NCBI GenBank assembly: GCA_963674945.2 | Contig: CAXXWQ010000004.1 | Span: forward strand, 2,048,001-2,112,000 | Direction: 5' to 3' | DNA length: 64,000 nucleotides | Origin: an uncultured Desulfosarcina sp. | Lineage (GTDB): Bacteria > Desulfobacterota > Desulfobacteria > Desulfobacterales > Desulfosarcinaceae | Part shown: piece after piece, positions 20,289 to 29,899 of the stretch | How the letters are laid out: every line of letters starts with the position of its first letter | Numbering within the stretch: position 1 is the first letter of the stretch | Made by a program: the position numbers and the translations under genes | The notes under the pieces: model-generated | Database searches by the model: none | The model's input: the letters and a program-made list of their open reading frames with translations, nothing else | What the model was told of the DNA's origin: nothing

Positions 20289-20651
20289 ATGAGCAAAAAC
20301 TTTCAAGTCGAATTCGAAAAAAACAATGGCGACCTGCATGTCCGTCCCAGCGGCGATTTTGACGGCAGTTCCGCCTGGGAGTTGGTCAACCTGCTCCATG
20401 AACAATATGACGGGCACGGGCAAGTCTATATTGACACCGACAACCTGACGGTGTTGTGCCCTTTCGGATGCAGCACCTTTCATTGCCGCCTCAATCGACG
20501 GCTGCTTCCCGCCGAACGGATTTTCTTCAAAGGCAATAAAGGCGTCGATATCGCCCCCAAAGGAAGCACGGTCATCAATCATCCACCGAAATGCTGCTGT
20601 GGGGGTGATTGCGCCAGCTGCAAGTGCTGCCGGGGAAAGGAAAAGCATTAA
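20289..20651 (+). CDS. STAS-like small protein with Cys-rich tail
   Basis: GGAGGA RBS; LHVRPSGDFDGSSAWEL resembles a STAS start; tail CCCGGDCASCKCC; paralog at 39990. Confidence 0.75.
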   Translation: MSKNFQVEFEKNNGDLHVRPSGDFDGSSAWELVNLLHEQYDGHGQVYIDTDNLTVLCPFGCSTFHCRLNRRLLPAERIFFKGNKGVDIAPKGSTVINHPPKCCCGGDCASCKCCRGKEKH

Positions 20652-20738
20652 TCCTCGCAGATCCTTTTCTCGAACGGCTTTATTCAAGATGAGAGAAAAT
20701 GACCATTTTTCATCTGTCCGTATACGCGTGTACTGAAT

Positions 20739-21647
20739 ATGATTGACGGAAACAATATGCAAAATGAAGTGCATCGCACCTATCCCGGAAGAGAGAAATC
20801 CGCCCCGATTCCGGTTTGTGTGGAGTGTTTCCAACTGTGCCATCACCGTGACGGCGAGTCATTGCGGTGCGATGCGGCCGAAGGAAGTAGTCTCGGAATG
20901 ATTTGCTGCCTTTCAGGTAAAATAAAGATGCAGATATCCGATAACGGTCAGATCACCGAGTATTCGATCCTCGCCGGACGCTTGGGGTGTTATTCCTGCC
21001 CCCGCGGAAGTTGCCGGACCATGTGCACATCCCAAGAATGTGCTCGAATCTTGAAACTGCGATTTTCCCATACGATTTTACGAGCCTCGATGGGACACGC
21101 GGCGGATTTCCAGCAGGATACGGTCCCTGCACGCAAAGAGAGATGGGTTGGCATCGTCCGTGATATCACGCCGCAGATGAATCAGGTCATCCGCAATCTC
21201 CGGGATGCGTTGCAGTGCAGGCGAGGCACCGAACTGCTGATTCTGGCCAAAGCCATAGAGCTTTTATACCTTCATTTCAGTTCAGGTCCATGGGTCGTCG
21301 CACCGAACATCGATCCCCGTGACCACAAAGCCATTCAAAAAGCCCGATTTCTTCTGACCCACAATCTGGAGACTCCACCATCCTTGAGCGAATTGGCCGC
21401 TGCGGTCGGTATGAGTGTTTCGAAACTCAAGATGCTCTTCCCGAAAATTTGCGGGATGCCCCCATATGAGTACTTGCGGAAGATACGCATGCAGCGTGCC
21501 ATGGAGTTGTTGCATCAAGACGGGATCAATGTCACCGAAGCCGCAATGGCCGTTGGCTACAGCAGTATCAGTCACTTCTCCAAGGCATTTCACCGGGAGT
21601 ACACCATCTACCCTTCTCAAATTCGCCGTCGCCTTATCGATCCCTAA
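20739..21647 (+). CDS. AraC-family transcriptional regulator (PchR-like)
   Basis: C-terminal PPSLSELAAAVGMS..KLK..F...YLR..RM..A..LL, NVTEAAMAVGYSSISHFSKAF; LAKAIELL linker; Cys-rich N-terminal domain. Confidence 0.9.
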   Translation: MIDGNNMQNEVHRTYPGREKSAPIPVCVECFQLCHHRDGESLRCDAAEGSSLGMICCLSGKIKMQISDNGQITEYSILAGRLGCYSCPRGSCRTMCTSQECARILKLRFSHTILRASMGHAADFQQDTVPARKERWVGIVRDITPQMNQVIRNLRDALQCRRGTELLILAKAIELLYLHFSSGPWVVAPNIDPRDHKAIQKARFLLTHNLETPPSLSELAAAVGMSVSKLKMLFPKICGMPPYEYLRKIRMQRAMELLHQDGINVTEAAMAVGYSSISHFSKAFHREYTIYPSQIRRRLIDP

Positions 21648-21675
21648 ACCTCCATGCCGAAACAACGGGGCTCGA

Positions 21676-21884
21676 TTTCACTTCGGATCGGCGCATTGCC
21701 TCTTCATCTTTCCTTCTATTTTCATACTCCAATGAAATGGCCTCGAGCGCTCACTTTTTGGCCGTTCGGGTTAGAAGTTTCTATTAAAGTTATGTAACTC
21801 ATACAAGAAGCGACCAGATTTGTTGGAAACCGAATCCGATTGAATTTCGACGGACCTTTTAAATCCTTTGTCCAAGGGAGGTGA
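21676..21884 (+). repeat. Duplicated ~210-bp promoter/leader region, copy A
   Basis: Aligns with 22903-23113; identical 35-bp core CCTCGAGCGCTCACTTTTTGGCCGTTCGGGTTAGA (21741-21775); operators at 21771 and 21790. Confidence 0.85.
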
Positions 21885-21969
21885 TAATCGAAACAGAGAT
21901 GATGAAGACCGAATCGGTCGAAAACCATGATCAACCCAATACGACTATCTAAGGAAAGGAGAGGGAGAA

Positions 21970-22695
21970 ATGAAAAGAGTATTTATTTTAATTGGAGCGC
22001 TGTTCCTCGTGGCCGCCACGGCCGGTGGCGCAACGGCGGCAGCCACCTATGCCGCCACGGTGGTGGACTACGACGCCTATTTCATGAACTGGGATACGAC
22101 CACTGGATTTTATCACAACGAAGTTACTGCTTACCCCGATGCCGGGGCGAATCTGGACTGGCTCCTGGGAGCGGAGGATCAAAGCGTGGCCGCCGGATGG
22201 GGCGGCGACGCCAACGGCGGAACCTTGACGCTGTACTATGACACCGCCTTTACCGCCGACGGTACCGATGCGGCCGATATCATCGTCTACGGATTCGGGT
22301 TCGCCTATAACACCCCCTTCTCTTCGGAAAAGGGCGCCATGACGGTATACGCCTCGTCCACTGGCGCGAATGATGACTGGACCGTGATCTCCGACTATGC
22401 CGGCTACGACAACGGATCCAACTGGGAAGCCAATCCGGACTTTACCGAGTCGGCACCAGGGGTTCCTTCCGTGATCATGGAGATCGATCTCGATGACGAC
22501 ATCTCAAACACCTACGATGGGGAGATCTCGTACCTCATGTTCGAACTGGGCGACGGCGACACCGGCCATGGCCGGGCTTTTTTCACCAGCGCCGTCGAGG
22601 GAGTGAATGCCGCCGTGCCCGTTCCGGGAGCCGTGTGGCTCATGGGATCCGGACTGCTCGGAGTCTTGGGCATCAAACGCAGACGATCTTGCTGA
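21970..22695 (+). CDS. VPLPA/PEP-CTERM-type exosortase-sorted surface protein
   Basis: Signal peptide; C-terminal VPVPGAVWLMGSGLLGVLGIKRRR; shared domain GWGG..GG.L...D...FELGDG..GRAFF. Confidence 0.88.
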   Translation: MKRVFILIGALFLVAATAGGATAAATYAATVVDYDAYFMNWDTTTGFYHNEVTAYPDAGANLDWLLGAEDQSVAAGWGGDANGGTLTLYYDTAFTADGTDAADIIVYGFGFAYNTPFSSEKGAMTVYASSTGANDDWTVISDYAGYDNGSNWEANPDFTESAPGVPSVIMEIDLDDDISNTYDGEISYLMFELGDGDTGHGRAFFTSAVEGVNAAVPVPGAVWLMGSGLLGVLGIKRRRSC

Positions 22696-22902
22696 AACCA
22701 TCGGCGGGTCTTTACCACTATAAAATGACGGGGCCTGCCGGACCCGGTATTGTCTTTTATTCACGCAGCCATCACAACGTTGCCGTTGGAGTATTCTACA
22801 TGAGAAAAAACCTGTGGAAGCGGAGGCCGAGTGCCACCTTCACGGACGATCTCAGGCTGAGAGCCAACTATAAATACACCAATTCGGCAATCGTGTGATT
22901 CA

Positions 22903-23113
22903 ACTTCCCTTTGGATCGACGATTCGCCTCTTCACCGCCCTTCATAGTTTTATATTCTTATGAAATGACCTCGAGCGCTCACTTTTTGGCCGTTCGGGTT
23001 AGATATTTCTATCAAAGTTGTGTAACCCACATAGCGTGTGGTCAGATCCGTTGATAACAGAAACCCAAACGAATTTCGGCGGACTTTCTAAATTCTTTGT
23101 CGAAGGGAGGTGA
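22903..23113 (+). repeat. Duplicated ~210-bp promoter/leader region, copy B
   Basis: Identical core at 22969-23003; operators TTAGATATTTCTAT (22999) and a degenerate one at 23018. Confidence 0.85.
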
Positions 23114-23195
23114 GAACACGGACCTAACCTGAAAGATTTTCTCGATCTGAAAAATGAATGAAAAGAAATCTTTATTAAGGAGGGAAATTGCGACA

Positions 23196-24029
23196 ATGAG
23201 AAAAAAACCAGTGTTGAGAAAAAGAATGAAAAGCATGATCGACGTGATTGGGGCTTTCTTACTGGTGGCGATGACGGCCACGGGCGCCATGGCCTATGGA
23301 GAGCCGGTCTTTGCCAACAATCAGTATGCCACCAGTGCCGAGGCCGGCTGGTTTTACATTGACGATCAGAACGGCGTCCAGGATACCTGGACCCTTCAGG
23401 GGCCGGATCAGGATTGGTCCGGGGTAGGACTCATTCAGCCCGGCGTGGTGACCTATGACAATTTCCTCGGGGCACCGGATCAGTATACATCCGGTTGGGG
23501 CGGAGCCGCGGCCGGCGGTAGCCTTGTGGTGGGGTTTGATCAGGCCATCGTCGATGGTGAGGGCATCGATTTCATGGTGCATGGTTTCGGCTTTTGCTTT
23601 AACCAGGCCTTTTCCGAGGAACGGGGAACGGTCAGCATCTATGCTGCCGAAAGTTACGACAGCAGTTCACAGGCTGCCACGGATTGGGTGCAGCTATCCA
23701 CCTGGCAGGGTTGGGGCGACTGGGACGACGATCCCAACACCGCGGACACCTGGATCGGCAACCCCGACATGAACTACGGCTCCTCGCCCGGTGCCTACGG
23801 TGAGTTCCTTTGGGGCGACCTGGCCGACGGCGGCCTGGATTCGGCCAATTATCTCATGTTCGTGCTGGGCGACGGCGGCCACTACGTCGATCCTTACAGC
23901 GGCGAACAGACCACCGGCCGCGCATTCTTTATCGATTCCGTCGAGGCCCGGGCCGTGCCCGTGCCGGGCGCAGTCTGGATGATGGGCACCGGTCTCCTGG
24001 GTCTGGTGGGGCTGCGCAGGAAAATGTAG
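23196..24029 (+). CDS. VPLPA/PEP-CTERM-type surface protein (paralog of 21970)
   Basis: AGGAGGG RBS; signal peptide; C-terminal VPVPGAVWMMGTGLLGLVGLRRKM; same domain as the N-termini of 26432 and 29896. Confidence 0.88.
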   Translation: MRKKPVLRKRMKSMIDVIGAFLLVAMTATGAMAYGEPVFANNQYATSAEAGWFYIDDQNGVQDTWTLQGPDQDWSGVGLIQPGVVTYDNFLGAPDQYTSGWGGAAAGGSLVVGFDQAIVDGEGIDFMVHGFGFCFNQAFSEERGTVSIYAAESYDSSSQAATDWVQLSTWQGWGDWDDDPNTADTWIGNPDMNYGSSPGAYGEFLWGDLADGGLDSANYLMFVLGDGGHYVDPYSGEQTTGRAFFIDSVEARAVPVPGAVWMMGTGLLGLVGLRRKM

Positions 24030-24069
24030 CTTCTCATCCGGGTATTTTGTAGCCCTTGGCGACAATTTT

Positions 24070-24102
24070 CATCGGACGGGTCTTTGCCCCGTCCGATGTT
24101 TT
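24070..24102 (+). terminator. Intrinsic terminator-like hairpin
   Basis: CATCGGACGGG-loop-CCCGTCCGATG-TTTT between the CTERM gene and the receptor. Confidence 0.6.
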
Positions 24103-24237
24103 CCGGGTGGCAGTCCCCGGACCTGCCGACGTGCCGGGGTAATCGCTTTTGGAAAACCGCGGTGACCGGTTTTATCCAACGGCAAACCGCATGGTCCGAG
24201 GTTTCTTTACACATAAAAGAAAGATCGACTGGACCGT

Positions 24238-26379
24238 ATGAAATCGTTTTGGGTGTCTTTGTTTGCGCTGTTCCTGCTGCCGTTTTTTTTCTGCCGAACC
24301 GCAAGTGGGGAAGAGGCCGGGACATCTTCGAAGATCGTCGATCTCGACACCATCACCGTAACCGAGAAGGCCATCTCTTCGGAGCTCCAGGGCAAGTCCA
24401 ACAGTATCACCATCATTTCCCGCGAGGATATCGATGCGGCCGCCGCCACCACGGTGGACGAGCTGCTGCGCACCTCGGTGGGGCTGGAAGTGTGGAAGCC
24501 CCAAGGGGTTTTCGGGAATGCCAGCCGCGTACGCATGCGCGGCTTCGCCGGTTCGCGGGCCACCGTTTTTCTGAAAGACGGCATGCCCGTCAACCGCATT
24601 TCCTGTGGCGAAACACTCCATAACGAAATCCCGTTGGACATGGTGGAACGTGTCGAGGTAATCCGGGGCGCCGCCGGATCCGTGTACGGCAAGGGAGCCA
24701 TGGGCGGGGTAATCAACATCGTCACCCGCAAGGCCTCGGATCGCCCCCACGCCCACGCGTCCGCCACCTACGGGACGTATGACACCCGGTCTGCGGACTT
24801 CGGTGCCGGCGGAAAGCTCGGCGACCGATTCAATCTTCAGGTCGGCTATACGCATTTCGAAAGCGACGGCTATTTCGCCTGGAACGACGACTGGATTGCC
24901 GACCGGGTGGAATCCATGGACCAGAACCTGCTGTCGTGGAACAACACCGCCGAGGGATGGTCGGTCAAGGACAATTACCTGTCCGCCCTCGAAAAACAGA
25001 GCCGCGAAATGGATACCGTCAGCGCCGCCCTGGGCGGGCGTTTGGGCGAGCGTCTGAGATTCAACGCCGGCTATACCTGGTGGCAGAACAGCAATCACAT
25101 CGGCTATACATTCGGGCATATCGATCAATTGCGCCATCGCGTGAACCTGGACTTCGCGCACCGGGGCGCTTTGGGCGTCTCCGGCAACCTGTTTGCCCTC
25201 GACGAAGCCATTGAATTTTCCCAACCCGTGCTGCCCTCGCCGGAAATGGATGCGGCGCAGGGACGTCAGACCTGGATCACACAGGGCAACAAAAGTGACA
25301 TCCCCTTGAACGACTACGGCGGCATGCTCGCCCTGGCCGTCAATATCGGCAAACACCATGCCGTCAAGCTTTCCACCGACCACCGCTACGGCGTCCTGGA
25401 AAACGAACTCTATGACGGCCTGATCGACGAAACCATCAGCATTACCCAGGCCAAGCAGTACCGATGGGGCGTTACCCTGCAGGACACGATGACGGTCCGC
25501 ACCCTGACGGCCCAGACAGGGATTCGCTTTCGGGGTGTCGAAACCTTCGATTTTTTTTACGAGGACCTGTACGAATACACCCCCTATGGGGTCGATTCCC
25601 TAAACGACACTCAATTCGATCCCTGGGTGGGGATCACCTGGAATGTCGATGACAGCACAGTGTTGCGGGCCAGCGTCTCCAAAAGCGCCACCTTCGCACC
25701 GCTATCCTACCTGCTGGGCGATTACGAACGGCCGCCGGGAAAAACCGTCATCGGCAATCCCGACCTGTGCACGGAGTGGGCCGTCAACTACGAGATCGGA
25801 GTGGAAAAATGGTTCGGCAACCGGGGGATGGTCCAACTGACCGCCTACTACAACGACATTCGCGACTGGATGCAGGAGGTCAGTGCCGCCGATCCGGCCT
25901 ATTCCTCGATTTCAGTACGCTGGGAAAACATCGAAGAGGCCGCCGCCAAGGGGATCGAGCTTGCCGTCGACGCATTTCCCAGGGAAAACCTGCGCTTGTA
26001 TGCCAATTACACCCTGAACGTTTCCGAGGTCGTCCGCTTCGAGGACAAGCACAACAACTACGACAACAAACGGCTGGAGGGCAACCAATTCCCGGACCAG
26101 GCCGAACACAAGGCCAATTTCGGGATCGCGTGGTCCCATCCCGCCATTGCCAGGTTCAATGTGTCGGTCCGGCACTCGGGGCCCCGCTATTACGATATCG
26201 AAAACACCATCAGGCTGCCCGCCTATACCGCCTGCGATCTCAAAATCATCCGGGATGTCGGCAAATACCTGCAACTCTCCTTCGAAGCCAAGGATCTTTT
26301 CGACGTGGCCTGGCAGGAAACGGCCATGCACAATACGCCGGGAAGGACCCTTTTCGGCAAGATTACGGTTACGTATTGA
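24238..26379 (+). CDS. TonB-dependent outer-membrane receptor
   Basis: TonB box DTITVT; plug motifs MRG, LKDG, VERVEVIRGA.GSVYG..AMGGVINIVT; GNPDL; ends PGRTLFGKITVTY. Confidence 0.93.
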   Translation: MKSFWVSLFALFLLPFFFCRTASGEEAGTSSKIVDLDTITVTEKAISSELQGKSNSITIISREDIDAAAATTVDELLRTSVGLEVWKPQGVFGNASRVRMRGFAGSRATVFLKDGMPVNRISCGETLHNEIPLDMVERVEVIRGAAGSVYGKGAMGGVINIVTRKASDRPHAHASATYGTYDTRSADFGAGGKLGDRFNLQVGYTHFESDGYFAWNDDWIADRVESMDQNLLSWNNTAEGWSVKDNYLSALEKQSREMDTVSAALGGRLGERLRFNAGYTWWQNSNHIGYTFGHIDQLRHRVNLDFAHRGALGVSGNLFALDEAIEFSQPVLPSPEMDAAQGRQTWITQGNKSDIPLNDYGGMLALAVNIGKHHAVKLSTDHRYGVLENELYDGLIDETISITQAKQYRWGVTLQDTMTVRTLTAQTGIRFRGVETFDFFYEDLYEYTPYGVDSLNDTQFDPWVGITWNVDDSTVLRASVSKSATFAPLSYLLGDYERPPGKTVIGNPDLCTEWAVNYEIGVEKWFGNRGMVQLTAYYNDIRDWMQEVSAADPAYSSISVRWENIEEAAAKGIELAVDAFPRENLRLYANYTLNVSEVVRFEDKHNNYDNKRLEGNQFPDQAEHKANFGIAWSHPAIARFNVSVRHSGPRYYDIENTIRLPAYTACDLKIIRDVGKYLQLSFEAKDLFDVAWQETAMHNTPGRTLFGKITVTY

Positions 26380-26431
26380 GAGCATGCGGGCTGGTGAGAA
26401 AAGGGAAAAACATGATGAAAAGGATATATCG

Positions 26432-29400
26432 TTGAAAGCAGCGCGGCATTTCACAATGATACTCTTTCTGGCGCTTGCCGGGCCGGGTTTGGTGCAGGCC
26501 GGCTCGCCCTACGCAATCCTCTCCGGTGCGGGTTGGTTTCATGTCAGCGACCAGACCGTCAATATTTGGAACGATGCCGACGGCGACGGCGCGCCGGACG
26601 TGAACGGCACCCGGCACAATGTGGACGTGGACGTGATCCAAGGCCCGGACCAGGACTGGTCCGGCACGGCCCGGATCAAACCCGGCCTGGTCCATTACGA
26701 CAACTTTCTCGGCCCACGGGACACATGCACCTCCGGTTGGGGCGGGGCCGCCAGCGGCGGTGCCCTGATCGTGGGGTTTGACCAGGATTTCGAAAACGGC
26801 GATGGTACCGGCATTTACTTGGATTACGATGGCAATGAACAGGACCTGCCGGAGGGGGTGGATTTCATCGTCGAAGGCTTCGGGTTCAGTTTCAATAAGG
26901 CGTTTTCCGATGAACGCGGCACGGTCAATATCTATGCGGCCGATGCGGCCTACCGCCCCGTGGTCAGCGATGCCCACCCGGTAACGGGGCTGCGCTCTGT
27001 GACGGGTGACGAATCCCGATGGGTCAAGATATCAGGATGGCTTGGCCGTCAGCCGGACCAGACCTGGAGAGGCAACCCCAACCACAACTACGAGTCGGGG
27101 CCGGGGGCCTACGGCCTGTATCTGTGGGGCGACCTGGAAGGCTCCGGCCTCGATTCGGCCCGCTACATCAAGTTTGAGCTGGGCGATGGCGGTCACTACG
27201 AGGACCCCTACAGCGGCACCCAGAATACCGGCCGCGCCCTGTTCATCGACGCGGTCAAGACCCTGTATCATCGGCCCGTGGCCAACGCCGGCGGCGACCG
27301 TCAGGTCAGCGGGGGAACACGGGTGGAGCTGGACGGATCCGATTCCGAAGACCTGGATGACGATACGCTGACGTTCCAGTGGCACCAGACCGGCGGAGCA
27401 ACCGTCTTGCTGGAAACCCCGGATACGGCCGCCACGGCCTTTACACCAGCGAAGACCGGAGACTACACCTTTGCGCTGAACGTCAGCGACGGCACCTTCG
27501 AAAACACGGATACGGTTACGATTACCGTGGTGGATGCCGGCATCAACCAGAGTCCCGTGGCCCGGGCCGGCGAGGACTTCCAGTGCAATGTGGGTGACAC
27601 CGTCGTATTGGACGGCACGGCCTCGATGGATCCCGACGGGGACGGTCTCGAATACAACTGGCGGCAAATCACCGACGCGGACGTGGTTCTGGTCAACGCC
27701 AATTCCGGCCGGGCCAGTTTCACGGCGCCCAACATCCCCGTCTCCCCGGAGTTCGAACTGACCGTGACCGATCCTTCCGGACTGAGCGATACCGATACCG
27801 TCCGTGTGACCATCAATCGGCCGCTCATCGTGGATCTGTCAAGGACCGAAGAGACGGCCACCGAAAGCCTGCTCTTTACCCTGGACGCTTCCCGCAGTTG
27901 GGATCCGGACCTTGATGAATTGCAGTACGAATGGATACAGCGTTCAGGACCGTCGGTGACGCTGTCCGACGCCCGGGCAGTGCGATCCACCTTCATTGTA
28001 CCCGAAACGGCCGGCGAAAAAATGGTTTTCCAGGTTACCGTTTCGGACGGCAACGGGTTCGCCCCAAGCGATACGGTTACCGTTACTATCCGTGAATTGT
28101 ATATCATCACGGCGGACAACCCGGCCGCATCAGCCTTTCAGGTGGGCAGCTTCTCCTACCGCGACCAAGCGTTGGATTTGGCCAAGGCGGCCCTCGACTT
28201 CCCCGATTTCACCACGGACGGCCGAGGTGATGCTTCTGGTTTCCCGGACGGATATAGCGGCGAAATCACCCTGCGGTTCAATATCCCGGTGGCCGACGGA
28301 GACGGCGATGACCTGTCGGTGTATCATTTTGGAACCGGCAAGGCCGAACTCCAGGCCAGCATCGACGGAGAGAACTGGGTCAGCCTGGGCCGGTTGGCAT
28401 CCGTGCACGGCGACACACCCGGCATCCAGCATTTCGACTTGGCCGCCTATCCCGGACTCAGCCTGTCACGGGTCATTTCAGTCCAGTTTCTGAGGATCGT
28501 CAAGTCCGGCAACGACGCGGCGCATTATATCGACGGCGTGATCGGTCACCACACGGCCCTGACTGCCATCTACGCCGCCTACGTGGAAGAGAACAACGGC
28601 GCGGTGGACTGGGTCGACAAACAAAAGGACGCCGGCGCCAACGCCCTGGGCGAGCCCGATTATGACGCCTCCACCCCGGGCATCGGCAATTGTTCCGGCT
28701 GGATGGTCAATGCCGGGTACCTCACCGCGGGTTTCGACAACCCCCTCACCGACCGCGACGGCCCGGACCTTTTTCTTTACCACTTCGGTCAGGGGGTCAC
28801 CGACGCCGATATTTCTCTGGAAGCCACAGACGGTGCCACCACGGTGGAAGTCAGCGAGGACGGCAGCAACTGGGTCCTTCTGGGCGATCTGCCCCTGGGT
28901 GAAAACGGCGGCAACCGGCTCAGCGTGGACGCCTTCGACCTCAACGGGTATGCGGCTTTGGGAGACCTCGTGGGCGGCTACCGGGACACCCGCATCCGCT
29001 ACGTGCGCATCAACAAGAACGGGCGGGGGTACGGCGCCGGCAAATTCATCGACGCCATCGAAGGACGCTTCGGCTTTCCCGGGCTGGGCAACCCGGCCGG
29101 CGGGAACGCGGTCGTCGTGGAGGGTGTGTCCGTAGAGCTGGGGCGCAAAAATCCGGCCCGGGACGATTTTACCGAAACGGTCTATGTCTGGGAGCAACTG
29201 GACAACGGCGCGCCCCTGGTTGCCCTTTCCGCCGATGATGCCAAAAATCCCACCTTCGTTGCCCCGCCGGTGAACGATGAAGAGACCACACTGGCATTTA
29301 AACTGACCCGCATCAACGAAAACGAGTTCGGCGTTTCGGTCTCCACGGTCGCCGTGGACGTTCGGGAAAACGGCATTACCGGCTTTCCGTCCGGCAGCAC

Positions 29401-29899
29401 AACCTTTTGCAACCCGATCAGCGGAAACAACATGGGCCTGTTGGCGAAGCAGGGTGAACTGGTTTACTACCGTGCCGGCGATCCGGACTACAAGTATTCC
29501 CAGGTGTATATCGCCGAAATGAGCGGCCGGCCGAAGAATTTGATCCAGGGTATTCTCGATTTTTCAATCACCGTAGCTCCCGGCGGGCAGGCGGCGATTG
29601 ACATCCTACTGGGAAAAACCGCGCCGGAGGCGTACCGCTGGTACAAGTACGCCCCGGGCAGCGGATGGTCGGAATGCGCAGTCGGCGCCTATCCCGAAGC
29701 GCCCGAAGACGGTGCGGTGTTCAGCGCGGACCGACGCACCGTAACGTTGCGGATCACCGATAACGGCCCCTTGGACGACGACGATCGGGAAGGGATCGTC
29801 AACGACCCTTCGGGTCTCGGCATCCCCGGCACCTGGCACGACGAAAGCGGTGCGGGGGGCTGTTTTATTCATTTTTTAAACGAGGAAGAACCGAAATGA
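26432..29899 (+). CDS. Large surface protein: three copies of the shared domain, PKD/Ig-like repeats, choice-of-anchor-U-like domain, GGCFI C-terminal motif
   Basis: Likely TTG start after AAGGA gives signal peptide MKAARHF...VQA; PVANAG.D...LDGS.S.D.D.D.L...W.Q repeats; WYKY, ITDNGPLDDD..GIVNDPSG; ends GAGGCFI. Confidence 0.85.
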   Translation: MKAARHFTMILFLALAGPGLVQAGSPYAILSGAGWFHVSDQTVNIWNDADGDGAPDVNGTRHNVDVDVIQGPDQDWSGTARIKPGLVHYDNFLGPRDTCTSGWGGAASGGALIVGFDQDFENGDGTGIYLDYDGNEQDLPEGVDFIVEGFGFSFNKAFSDERGTVNIYAADAAYRPVVSDAHPVTGLRSVTGDESRWVKISGWLGRQPDQTWRGNPNHNYESGPGAYGLYLWGDLEGSGLDSARYIKFELGDGGHYEDPYSGTQNTGRALFIDAVKTLYHRPVANAGGDRQVSGGTRVELDGSDSEDLDDDTLTFQWHQTGGATVLLETPDTAATAFTPAKTGDYTFALNVSDGTFENTDTVTITVVDAGINQSPVARAGEDFQCNVGDTVVLDGTASMDPDGDGLEYNWRQITDADVVLVNANSGRASFTAPNIPVSPEFELTVTDPSGLSDTDTVRVTINRPLIVDLSRTEETATESLLFTLDASRSWDPDLDELQYEWIQRSGPSVTLSDARAVRSTFIVPETAGEKMVFQVTVSDGNGFAPSDTVTVTIRELYIITADNPAASAFQVGSFSYRDQALDLAKAALDFPDFTTDGRGDASGFPDGYSGEITLRFNIPVADGDGDDLSVYHFGTGKAELQASIDGENWVSLGRLASVHGDTPGIQHFDLAAYPGLSLSRVISVQFLRIVKSGNDAAHYIDGVIGHHTALTAIYAAYVEENNGAVDWVDKQKDAGANALGEPDYDASTPGIGNCSGWMVNAGYLTAGFDNPLTDRDGPDLFLYHFGQGVTDADISLEATDGATTVEVSEDGSNWVLLGDLPLGENGGNRLSVDAFDLNGYAALGDLVGGYRDTRIRYVRINKNGRGYGAGKFIDAIEGRFGFPGLGNPAGGNAVVVEGVSVELGRKNPARDDFTETVYVWEQLDNGAPLVALSADDAKNPTFVAPPVNDEETTLAFKLTRINENEFGVSVSTVAVDVRENGITGFPSGSTTFCNPISGNNMGLLAKQGELVYYRAGDPDYKYSQVYIAEMSGRPKNLIQGILDFSITVAPGGQAAIDILLGKTAPEAYRWYKYAPGSGWSECAVGAYPEAPEDGAVFSADRRTVTLRITDNGPLDDDDREGIVNDPSGLGIPGTWHDESGAGGCFIHFLNEEEPK

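Noticed and set aside
21758..21775. Sigma-54 promoter in the duplicated core (TGGCCG...)
   Set aside because: No TTGC at the -12 position.
24030..24237. Cobalamin riboswitch upstream of the first TonB receptor
   Set aside because: I could not find a B12-box or the conserved core; only a terminator-like hairpin is present.
26147..26431. N-terminal 95 aa of the 1250-aa ORF
   Set aside because: Mostly overlaps the receptor gene; a TTG at 26432 with RBS gives a proper signal peptide.
26412..26435. Frameshift or leader peptide MMKRIYR before the large surface protein
   Set aside because: The in-frame TTG start explains the gene without a frameshift; there is no other support for the 7-codon ORF.
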